A stretch of DNA of 42,554 bases from assembly GCA_013115145.1 (NCBI GenBank), contig JAAPAO010000287.1, positions 1-42,554 of the forward strand. The letters are read 5' to 3'. A model generated the notes under the pieces. That model was not told the origin of the DNA. It saw nothing but the letters and a program-made list of their open reading frames with translations, and did no database searches. Positions 1-10,804 of this stretch are shown in pieces. The translations under genes and the position numbers were made by a program. Numbering within the stretch: position 1 is the first letter of the stretch; each line of letters opens with the position of its first letter. This stretch comes from Perkinsus chesapeaki ATCC PRA-425. Lineage: Eukaryota > Protista > Perkinsozoa.

Positions 1-960
1 TAATATTATCAGTTATGTTCATCGGACATAAAAATAAATTATCATTTTCGGCACTCTTAACGTTCTTTTCATTAAATACTTCGATATAGGGATGCGCAAA
101 AGGCGCGGTTTGACCGGAAGCCGAAGATATCAAACCCAAAGTGATACGAAGCGCGAACCTCATAGACCTGGATGAACTAAGCAAAGCTGAGAGGACATCA
201 GAAGCTTCCGAAAATGTTCTTGCTTAAAACCAATGGAGGAACTTTTTAAAGTCGGATAACTCGGAAGGAGACACCAATTTGGGTAACACCCGGCACATTC
301 ACGAGACGAGCATGACACCTCACACCTGCCGTGGGTGTGAAACGGCTTCACGAAACTAATCTTGTAATATATGAGTCAGGACTACGCACAAGACCCGACC
401 CAAAGATGAGCTACTTAGTAAGCAGTGCTTACAAGGCCTTCTTGATGAAGGGACGGAGCTCGGCAATTCATCAGTAAATTCTGTTGGATGGCCGCAAGTT
501 CGATCTGTCATTTTTCTGCGGGAAAATATTTTTTGGCCCGCGAACCTTCAAGATACAACGAGACCAACTTTCGTATTTTTCCTAGTAACCCCAGAGTAAG
601 AGCTATCGATTGGTGCATAGTATGTGATCATAACCCCTCTAGATCCAGCTCGATAATTTGTTCGCACGCACCCACAAAGTATTAGTAAAGTTGTGGGAGT
701 CGTGATCGAGACGACGATTGATACTATCGGTAGGCGATGGGCGACTCTGGTAACACAATACCAAATACGAAGTAGTGCTTAGCGGGCAGGCAATACAGCT
801 TCGAGGTACAATGGCTCGAGACCTCGGAGACAAGTAATGAAGCGTAGGTGAAACTAACTTCTCACCAACAGTACGGATAAAGGATTCCAGTGAATCTTCT
901 CCTTTATCTAACTCACCGTACGCGTGCGGACTTAGCTCTTCCGCAGAAGAAGCGCCGCGT

Positions 961-995
961 CCGTGAGTCACGGTCGGTCACGGGCCGTGACCGAC
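961..995. repeat. Two abutting perfect palindromes with 1-nt centres upstream of RRP5
   Basis: CCGTGA-G-TCACGG (961-973) and GTCGGTCACGG-G-CCGTGACCGAC (973-995), about 270 nt upstream of the RRP5 ATG. Confidence 0.8.
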
Positions 996-1267
996 TACAA
1001 CAGCAGGGGATATAAAGACTCGTAGCTACATATGGCCGAACGGAATCGATTTACATACAATATAGCAGGCACATAGCCACACGGGCACACGTAAAAGGAA
1101 TAGAGGAACCTCCTAACGGGCCGGCGGCGCCGCTCGCTCCGCAATAATATGAATTGTTTGGTAGCAAAGAACCGTTACAACGCCAGTAGCGCTCGCCATT
1201 CTGATCGATTTTATTTTGTCGTCACGGTGGCTACCTCCCTCGCACAATTGATTACTGCGGTTGTTCA

Positions 1268-4200
1268 ATGGCCAAAACCAACAACGCCAAACGAGCACCA
1301 TCTAAAGGAGGATCTTCGAAGGGCTCCTCGATCACAAAGAAGAAATCTGCTGTAACGAAGCAAACCTCGGCAGCAGCCATCGTGGCCGCTAAGACTGCTG
1401 GTCTTACTCACGTACCTAGTATAACCTATAAAGACCTTAAAGTCGGCACACAACTCCAGGCTGCTGTACAGGATATCTCATCAGAGGCTTTAACACTTGA
1501 CTTGCCATTTAATAAGGTTGGCTTCGTCAAAGGTACGCGGGATTTGAGGAAAGAGCGGTATCAGATGTTATTAGGTGTTGCTAATATGGTGGATGAAGGG
1601 GACATTAGTAAGCATATTAAGCAGGCTAATGTGACATTGAAGAGCTATAAACCGGAACATAGATTCCATAAAGGTCAATTGGTGTCCGCTGTTGTGATAG
1701 AGAATGACGCTACTGGCCGAGAAGTACCGGCAGCTGCCCTCCCTGCATTTTAATGGTATCATTCAGGCCTCGGTTCACTTATCTTTGTTACCATCTGTAT
1801 TGAACGCTGGTCTGACCCCTAAGAGCCTCAGGAAAAATATGTGGTTGTCTGCCTCTGTCCTGACCGAAGAGGCTCATGGGTATGTTGGATACATTGCGAG
1901 GTTGGTGACAATTGCTTGGTTGGTTAGATACGTCCTGAGCTTTGGTATAGACGGCATTACTGGCTTCCTTAAGAAGAGTGAACTACCGGCGCATGCAGAG
2001 GGTGTTGAGACTGTCAAGGGCGACAATCCTTTATTGGAATTGTCGGTCAGAGATAACGATGCTCCCGAGGCCGACCAGGTAGGGAGGGGCCTGTGGGGGG
2101 GTCTGTTGGGGATGGGTTGGTTCAGATGAAGTTGGGGACATTGTTAAACGTACGTATACTTGAGGAGAATGCTGCTAATAAGACCAGCATACAGTGCAGT
2201 GCAAAGGTTGGCAAGTTGGACGAGGAGGATAAAATAAGTGAGGGAGCTGGGGATTGAACCGGGGACATATGGGATGGTAATCAGGCAACAACACCAGTTC
2301 AGCTGTGAAGATGAACTTGTTGAAGGTGGGCACGCCTGTTGAGGCCAAGGTGACCCATGTATGTGTGCCGATTCAAGCTGGCAAGAAAAAGGCCAATAAG
2401 AAAAGTGCAGGAATTGAAGTCGGGTTCATGGGGCCGCTAAAGGGTGAGGATCTGTGACGCCGTGACGCGTTGGTTATCTTTCGTTATTTAGGCGTAGTTC
2501 ACCAGTATCACTTGGTTCATCCGATACTTAATCAAACGGACATGACAATGTCAACCAACCTTAAGGTGAGGAATCTTCATAGTGCGGTTAGAGGGTATCT
2601 TTGTGCGCACGCGTGCTGATGTTTAGGTTGGACAATCGGTGAGTGCTAGAGTGCTGGCAGTTTTGGCCGATCCTTCGTCGCACAATCGAGCTGTCTACCT
2701 CACCCTTCTTCCCAACATTCTTCAATGGAAGACTGTTGAGAGTCAAGTGGAGCCTGGAGTCACATTGGAGGTATCGGTATGGGGACAGTTTTTGTGTTAC
2801 ATCTTCCTGGTCAGGCTGCCAGAGTTATCGATCTCATCCCAAAGGATTGTACTCGCTTCGTTGATGGTGGCAACTTGTTAGTGGCCCATGCTACCCGATG
2901 TGCTTTGCCATATAGACAGCCAGGAGCGGTGGGCAAGAAAACAGATGTCAGAGTCCTTGGATCAAATCTGCTAGAGATGACGATACAGGTGATATAGTTT
3001 ATTGGATAAAAATATGGTATGTAGAGTACCATTAATATTCCTCTATCTTGTCTTTGCCACGTATTCGCTCACAGTGCGCCATTTTCTTGTGGAAGATTTT
3101 TACAAGAATACAAGACATTTCCAGTGGAGATTCCAACTTCATTCCGGTTCGATTATGTAGTCGTTGTCGCTGTGTGTAGGTTAGCGCTGAGGAGAAGGTG
3201 TTGGCAGCCTCTGTGGTGAACCTCCAACAGCTAGCTCCTGGTATGGTATTCGACAAAGCTGTTATCGAACATTTCGACAACGAGAAGGGCCTTATAGTGA
3301 GGCTTAGTGACTTCGTTACTGGTAGAGTGCCGAAGGAGCAATGTACAGACCAGGGAAATCAGAAGAAGTTGCCGAAGAGGTATACTGAAGAGAAGGCTGA
3401 GATTAGAGTCAGAGTGTTGGGGGTAGACCCAGTAAGAAGACAGGTAATTGGAGGGAGCGGTATGGTAGCGGCTGAGAATTGCACAAAATTGGGGACAGCA
3501 GCGAGGGGAAATTTATATGCACAAACATTACCTATATATCGTAGTGATAATCTTTCTTCATTTCATGGCGAGTGACGGAATTTCTGGAAGACTGGAAAGA
3601 TTCTTCCAGGTTACCTTGACTGCCAAGAAGTCGCTGGTAGGCCGACCTGATGATGAGGAACCTCCCAGAGCTCTCACCAGGAACGCTGATGCAGCTGTTG
3701 GAGATGTGTTTGTCGGTTACGTTAGTAAAATGCTGGACCATGGTGGTTGCTACGTGAAGTTCTTCGGTGAGGCATTTGGACTGATGCCGGTGGTCAGCGA
3801 AGGGTGTGCTCATAGTGGAGCATATGTTAAGGTTAGGGTCACTAGCAAGAAAGATTCGCCTAAGGGAACTAGATTAAGGCTACAGCAGATAAACGGTATG
3901 GAGGACGCTGTAATAGGGGAGATTACTAAGATTGGGGATCTATTGGCGATCGAGAAGCTCGAGGGGCCGGCAAAGTGCAGTGGGGGCCGACAGGGGGTTA
4001 AGATCAGATGCGAAGGAGGGGTTGATGTGCTGGTGCCGGTTATGCAGCTGGCTGATGACCCGGATATGGCAGTGGCTGTTATGGAGCGCGTTGAGAAAAT
4101 GCAAGATTTGCAAGATTTCCCAGTTAAGAGCGTCCTTGTCACTGCAGTGTTGAACAATGGTACTATAGAAGGGACATGCAAGCCAGTTTTGGTTGAGGAC

Positions 4201-7200
4201 GCGAAGTATAGGGAACTTCTCGGTGTCAGTCAGGAGGAGATTCCGGCAAAAATTAAAGTTGGGGAAGGACTGGTCGGATTCGTCTCGAATGTGACGACGT
4301 TCGGTGCGTTTGTGAAGGTCGGTGGTATCTCGGGACTGGTACCGAAGCCTAAGTTGGCGGAGGGATTTGTTGATGAAGTGTCGGAGGCTGTAGAGGTGGG
4401 ACAGACTGTCACAACGGCGGTGGTGTCATCGGTGGATGCTGAGAGGAACATGTTCAAGCTGGACATGCAGCCACGGCCGATCGCTGGGGTAGCTGAGCTG
4501 GGCGCGAGAGAGCAGCTTCGTGCAGAGGCGAAACTGGCGCTGGAAAAATGGCTTGGGGGCGGGAAACTGCCAAAGAGAGGGGAAGTTGTTACGGCGACCG
4601 TGGGAAAGAAGAAACCGTACGGATGGATGTTGGAGCTGAAGGAGTATTCGGAGGCAGCTGGTCTGTTGTTGAAGCTGGAGGGAAGTGACGAGATCGAAAG
4701 TGGAAAGAAAATGAAGGTCTTAGTGGTCGATGTCGATGTGGTGCGATCGGTTGTTTATACGTGCAAAGAGCCCGAGAAGAGCCGGAAGAGAAATCGTGAC
4801 AGTGAGGAGTTTTGTGAAGGGAAGGTTATGACGAGCCGGGGAGGGTACAGCACGGTACTGCTCGGCAGTGATGTATTGCTGGTGACCAGCGGACCTAGGA
4901 GCATCAGCCAGGAAGATACTGTCAAGGTTAAGGTGCATGCAGGTGTGGGTGTGCTAGTTAATGAAGATAAAAAGGCAAAGAAGGCGCGTCGCTCCGCTGG
5001 GGAGGGTGGCAATTTCGCGGCGGATGTGTCGGTTGTTGAGGAGATAGAAGAGCTAGTGGATGGCAAGGAGCTGTCTATGGAGGTAGGAGGGTGGCATGGG
5101 TTCGATCCCGGGATGGTGCATTTTTAGATTGTCGGTCACACGCCTACTAGAGTGATTCTTGTTGCCGCGCCTAACATTAGGGCGACCATGCATGTGGCTC
5201 ACTGCCGTCCAGGCGTGGAAGGAAAGCTTGCGAAGGAGTAATAAATGCTTTGGAGGGGGTTTGAACCGACGACATTGTGTATGATAGACGTGGAGCATAC
5301 CCCGTTCATCTAGATACCCGATCGGTTCTGTCGTTCCCGTTCGCGTGCTTGGATCCTCTCGTGTAGCAGCTTACTCTGCTGCTGGTACTAGCCAATGGAA
5401 TATAAGTGTTAGGGATCCCAAGACAGCGAAGGAGGAGTGCAAGGTAAGGGAAGGGGGACACTACCACACAACACTAACAACCGCAACCTTTGCCTAATCG
5501 CCAGATCACGATTTCTAAGTTTAATTTTTTTCTCAAAAGACTGCTATTTTACATCATAGCTATTTGGGGTGCAGGGAAAATAACAAACGACTCGCATTGT
5601 TGAAGAGATGCTCGACATCTGGGGGTCAACAAGGGATGCATTAGAAAATTTATATATTCACATTTTCTGAGCGGTTTCGAGGTTAAGTAAGTCCACGATG
5701 CTCAGCAACCACTCTAGACGGCAGGTCGTATCTGTATAGAACATTTCTCTACCTGACCAGCCTTTGTAAAATTTGGCTGCTTCTATGGTCCGAGGGAAGT
5801 ATCTTTTCAAGCCCGCCTTTCCGACAACACACAATAGCTATATCTCCTTCAGTTGTACAAGTGGAACCCAGCATCCCTCTGCGGTGCCTCAGTGGTGGGC
5901 TGTGCGGTGTCCTCAGTCAACGAGGATGAGATGTTCGTTACTGTGGATGTGCCTGGTGTGGAGATGAGCTCTCATTCGCAACTGGAAGCTGGCAAACTCG
6001 GGAATATGACAAAGTCGCAGAAGGCGAAGTAAGCGGGAGGTCGTGGGTTCGAATCCTGGTGGAGATATTTTTTAGGTTTTTCCGTCAGCATTTGGGTGAC
6101 CATGAGGCAGCTAATAGCACTTGCAAGGTGAGGCAGAAAAGATTCTTTTGAGGTTGACTCGCGTGCCACCGTTGGGATTAGCCAATTCAGTAGACCTACT
6201 AGAGATACCCAAAATAGTTGCTGTTTTTAAGATTGCTTTCCTAGGCGACATGTGTGTGTTCCGACAGGTGATGGTCGGCAAAATCCGGGCTGTCGACTTG
6301 CCGAAGGCTGTTGAGGAATATAAAATCGGTCACGTCCTCACCGAGGAAGTCAGAGCGTTTGATGTGGTACCAAAGAAGAAGATAGAGCTAACTGCTGTGG
6401 AGGAGGTGATGGTCGAAAGTTCAGCGAGTTGAGGAGAAGTCGGTATGATCAGGTTTCCGAGGGTACAGTGGTCACCACTGCCCGAGTGTCTAATAACAAG
6501 ACTGCTCCGATCCAGCGGATGTTGGATCTTCCAGGCGGCCACAAGGGGAGATTGCATGCTACTATGGCGTGTGATGATTGGAGAGCAAAGTGAGGGCGAG
6601 GGGATTCGAACTAGGGATCTACGGATTACTGGAGGGCTGCTCTACCGCTGTAGTATATTTACTGACTTTCTAATGTTAGTCCGTTGGCACCATTGACTCC
6701 CGGTATGTTGGCACCAGCTGTGAAGGTGATTAGTGTTGGCAGCGGGCGCAAGCCGACTGAGGTCTGCCTCAAATCGATAAGCCAGGCGCACGTGAAGTCC
6801 CTTCCAAAGGGAGCCAAGGACCTGAAGGAAGGAGGAAAGGTAAGGTCGTGGGTTCGAATCCCAGGGGCGGTATTTTTATTGTGATAGGTGTCCGGCTATG
6901 TCGCCAGTGTGAGCTCCTCGGGTCTCTTCGTCGCCCTCTCTCCATGGCTCACCGGCAGAGTGTTGTTGGGCAATGTTGCGGAGCATCCAGTCACTCCTGA
7001 GGAAGCTGGAAAACTGTATGTGGATTTCATACCGACTTTTCCTCAGATTCCGATTGTTAGGTACCCCGTTGGGACTGCGGTGAAGGAGATCGCAATCACT
7101 TCTGTAGACGTGACCAAGAACCAAGTAAGGCGGAGCGAAGCGTTTTTTGAATTACGTTTTTTCGATAGGTCGGCTTGGCTATTGTAAACAAGGACAAGAG

Positions 7201-10200
7201 TAAGGTTGAGGAGATTGAAGAAGATGCGATTATGTACGGTCAAGTGTCCCGGAAGGACAGAGATGGCAAAGGACTCTTCGTAATAGGGAATAGCTCTTCC
7301 TCTGTTATTTATAACGCCGATGGAAGAGTGTAATAGTCGATTTAGGTCCGTATATCTGGTACAGGAGGGAGGCATGGATACTGTGCAGCGAAGGACTTGT
7401 TTGATGGCAAGGGGGATAATAAGGCATTGAAGGAGGCAGTGGGCAGTTACAAGGTGATAGAAGTGGGGAGGGTTGAGGAGGATTGGTTGTGATGTTGGTA
7501 GATCGGCACGAAAGTTCGTTGTCGGATTTTATCGGTTAAGGATGACGGAAAGATTAATATTGGATTGGCTAAGAAGTACTTCCCAGAGGATAATGATGTC
7601 GTGGTTGAGGATGCTGTTGGAGAGGAGGAAGAAGAGGATAGCGATGTTGAGATGGAAGAGGAATTAGCTGAGGTGGTTAAGGGTCGTGGCTGTCAGCCGA
7701 GTGGTCGTGGGTTCAATTATTTGTTTATCCATTTTATACTCAGACAAGTGAAGCTCCATCACCTTCTATTGAAGAGAGCGAAGAAGATGACGAGGAAGAG
7801 GAGGAGGAAGATCTCGAGGGTACGTCAGATGAGTGAGCTTGAAGGGTGTCCTACCGGTGCCACTTCACCCAACGTAAATCATTATTCAATTCCTGTAAAG
7901 CGTCGTCGCTCTTGGGCAACAGCAGCCGCCGCTTTGTGTTGTTGTCATTTGGTGGTGGTTTCAGTGAACGGCGGCGATAGCGAAGTGGGACAGTTTGGAT
8001 TTGCTGAAGGGGAGATGTTTGCTGAGGAGGAAGAGGATGACGTAAGTCCTGTAGGGGAGGGTCGGGCTATCTCACTGCGGTTAGTTCTGTGGTCCAGCAA
8101 TAGGCTCTCCAATGGATGGATTTTATATGTTATAATTTATACGGCTTATCTATAAGCTTAGGATTATAATTGTAGGATATGCTTTCATGGTTCATTCATA
8201 AGAGGGTTTCAGTCAAATCCACTGTAGTGTAATTATTACTAACTGTCTGACGTGTCACTAAGCATCTTTAAGATGTCCTAGAAGAGCGATGATGGATATA
8301 GAACGATAATGTCATGGTTGTTCAGGAGGAGGAGGACGAAGAGGCAGATGGTACCAATGGAGAGCCGGAGCATGACGCTATGGAGGACAGTGATGATAGT
8401 GAGGGAGAGGAGGAGGAGAAGGCTGGTAATATGGGGTACAGAGGAGAAACGCCAAACGCTATCAGAATGAATGTAGTTGCTGTCTTAACTTGCTCTGTGG
8501 AATATTTCCTGACAAAGATCAAATTATAAATCTGCAACAGGGACTAAATTCCACCCCCCTGCGGGTCACATCGTGGAGAGGTTGAGAGACTCTCTGGCGA
8601 AATTCAGCATTGTGAATACGGCGAATACTTTTGTAGAACTTCTAAACCTATTCGTACATAATAATTTGCCTCAGGTACTGGTAAGAAATCCGCCAGGCAG
8701 AAGGCCCGAGAGCGACGTGAGAGAGAGAAGGAAACAAGGGAGATTGAGTTGGCTAATGCTAGTGGTGATTGGAAGAGGAATCCAAGGGGACCTGATGACT
8801 TTGAAAGACTGGTAGTTTGGAGAGGATGATATCTGCATTCGATCGCCTGCACCATTTGACGAGGAGGGTAAATTCTGGTAAACTTTACGAAATTACGCGC
8901 TAGCTTCGAGAAGTGTCTTTCGTGTGCCAACTCGGTGAGGATATTTACAGCTACTAATCGAGCTCAGGTGCTAATGTCATGTAGTGCCTCTTCGACGCCG
9001 GACATGCCTAGCGCCTCCGAAGTGTGGATTCAGTATATGGGTTACTGGATGCAGATGGCCGAAGTTCAAAGAGCTCGAGACTGTGCTGAACGAGGTCGGC
9101 GAGAAGCTGTCGGTCTGAATTGACGGGGTGGTGGTCTGTTAGGTATTAAACAGAGGCTTGGATTTAGGGATGAGCAGGACAGGTTGAATTTGTGGATTGC
9201 ATATCTTAACTTGGAGGCCCATGTAAGAGATTTGGCGGGTGGTGATGGAGGTGGTGATGGACGGTCGTTGCTGCAGTTGTGTGTTGAGGGCGGCAGAAAA
9301 CGAGATGGTATCAAGAGAGTTGAGGATTTGTTCAAGAGAGCTGCGAGCTATAATGACTCTAAGAAAGTGTAATAAGAATGGTGGGAGGGGGCAGCCGTTT
9401 GTGTGCACGCTCAGGAGGAATGGTTCGGGGAGTGTTGCGTCACAGCTTACGTGATGACAAGCTTGTTTTACCCAACCATTTTCTCTGGGCCTCAAAATGA
9501 GCATATCGAAGCTTCCGCTCTGAGTTCATCAACTTTGTGTGTGTGTCAGGCATATGGCCATGTGTGACGTATGGTCTCGAGCAGGAGCGGAGGACCTTGC
9601 GTTAGATATGTACAAGAGAACGGCGGAGAAGTTTGGACATTCTAAGAAGGTTTGGTTGAAATATTTAGAGTGAGTTTGGGGGGGGGGTTGGAATAGCTTT
9701 AGTTGTCGAATTTAGGTTCCTCTATTCGACTGGGAAGTTGTCTGAGGCGCGCCAGAATTGTCTGCCCAGAGCCTTGAGATTAACCGAGAAAAGGAAGCAT
9801 GTAATAAAAGGGTCTATTGGGTGTTATAGAGCTGTCTGGGCTACGATAGAGGTTCATGAAACAGTTTCGGTACGGAGGTTATTCTCATGATTCGACGTGC
9901 GCACTCGTGACACCAGATATCCTTTGATTCGCTGATTCTCATGTTATTTCTGTTCCCTTAGTCGCTGATAGCCACGAGAGCGGCTAAGTTAGAGTACAAG
10001 TATGGTACGGTGGAGAGAGGGAAGACTATCTTCGAATCGTTACTTGCGGTAATAATATGGAAAGGATAGGTCGGTTGTGATGGAGGTGATTGTTAGTCCC
10101 AACCTAAGCGTCTTGATATATGGTCGGTGTATCTGGACGAGCACATCAATGCTAATAAGGAGGACCCGGACGCAGTTCGTTCGGTGTTTGATAGAGCTAT

Positions 10201-10705
10201 CACTCTGAAGTGGGACGAGGGCGATTTTGATTGTTATTATATGGTGGCAGGTTGAAACCAGCAAAGGTTAAGTTCTTCTTTAAGCGGTGGGTCGGTTTTG
10301 AGCAGTTGTATGGAGATGTTGAACATCTCGAACTTGTGAAGGATAAAGCAAGAGGGTAATGTTGCCAGAGGGAAGGCAGCGGTCTTGGGGCTGGCTGTCA
10401 AAAAAGTCGAACTAGTTATTGAATTTGGTAAATAAATTAATAATCTCATAATACTCATTATTAACTCACCAAAATATCATATGGGACTCCAGCTTGTTGG
10501 AGGTGTGCTTTTTGGAGTGTACTTATTATGGGCGAAGTATAAAGGGTGCACAGTTTCTCTCAAGTGAATAGAATAAAACCCTTCAGTGCAGTTAGCTCGT
10601 TGGTTCCATGTAGATTATTGGTTGATAAACTCGGTGGTCAGGTATGTTATGGCTCTTGAGAAGAGTCGTCGGGCCGATGATATCGGTGAAGAGGGCGAGG
10701 AGTAG
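1268..10705 (+). CDS. RRP5: rRNA biogenesis protein RRP5 (multiple S1 domains, acidic linker, C-terminal HAT repeats); multi-exon, 3' end tentative
   Basis: Hand-spliced exons give S1 motifs (EEAHGYVLSFGIDGITGFLKK; GFVSNVTTFGAFVKVGGISGLVPK; VSGYVASVSSSGLFVALSPWLTGRV) and the RRP5 HAT region (DFERL...SEVWIQYMGY...RLNLWIAYLNLE...KFFFKRWVGFEQLYG). GT-AG introns remove the in-frame stops. Confidence 0.95.
2238..2284 (-). pseudogene. 47-nt RRP5 intron containing an antisense tRNA 3' fragment
   Basis: Splicing is needed to avoid an in-frame TGA. Reverse complement reads GTC-CCCGG-TTCAATC-CCCAG-CTCCCTC-A-C (T-loop/B-box, 12 nt, A73). The final AC is the GT donor. Confidence 0.6.
5083..5127 (+). pseudogene. 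45-nt RRP5 intron containing a tRNA-Gly-like 3' end and T-run
   Basis: ATGGG-TTCGATC-CCGGG-ATGGTGC-A-TTTTT-AG. The ...TGGTGCA end resembles eukaryotic tRNA-Gly(GCC) 3' ends as I recall them. The T5 run abuts the AG acceptor, and the flanking exons are in frame. Confidence 0.7.
5238..5313 (-). pseudogene. 76-nt RRP5 intron containing an antisense degenerate tRNA
   Basis: Reverse complement ...CAATGTC-GTCGG-TTCAAAC-CCCCT-CCAAAGC-A-TTTATT. Splicing joins KLAKE to YPIGSVVPVRVLG. Confidence 0.55.
6029..6075 (+). pseudogene. 47-nt RRP5 intron equal to the 3' half of a tRNA-Thr(AGT)
   Basis: A|GTAAGCGGGAGGTCGTGGGTTCGAATCC matches the intact tRNA-Thr(AGT) at 37610-37682 at 27 of 29 nt. It continues TGG-TGGAGAT-A-TTTTTT-AG. 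Unspliced, the frame hits TAA immediately. Confidence 0.8.
6590..6679 (-). pseudogene. 90-nt RRP5 intron containing a near full-length antisense tRNA relic (6591-6653)
   Basis: Reverse complement CAGCGGTAGAGC-A-GCCCT-CCAGTAA-TCCGT-AGATC-CCTAG-TTCGAAT-CCCCT-CGCCCTC-A-C has canonical spacing from D-arm to position 73, but the stems do not pair. Confidence 0.7.
6840..6887 (+). pseudogene. 48-nt RRP5 intron containing a tRNA T-arm, 3' end and T-run
   Basis: GTA-AGGTC-GTGGG-TTCGAAT-CCCAG-GGGCGGT-A-TTTTT. T-stem pairs 4/5. Splicing joins KEGGK to VSGYVASVS. Confidence 0.75.
7673..7743 (+). pseudogene. 71-nt RRP5 intron containing a tRNA D-loop, anticodon arm (GTC, Asp-like) and T-loop
   Basis: GTGGTTAAGGGT-CGTGG-CTGTCAG-CCGAG-TGGTC-GTGGG-TTCAATT shows exact 5-7-5-5-5-7 spacing, and the anticodon stem pairs 4/5. 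The first 11 nt are identical to the D-loop region of the tRNA-Leu at 36118-36128. Confidence 0.7.
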
Positions 10706-10804
10706 ATACCTGTATAGGCTCACCCTTCAACGTAAATCTACCAACGTACGTTATACCTTATCAGTTTCTCTATCCCAATTCTATACTGTCTTGTTTATAC
10801 AGTT

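Noticed and set aside
160-971. Short ORFs at the window start
   Set aside because: No coherent spliced model or known motif.
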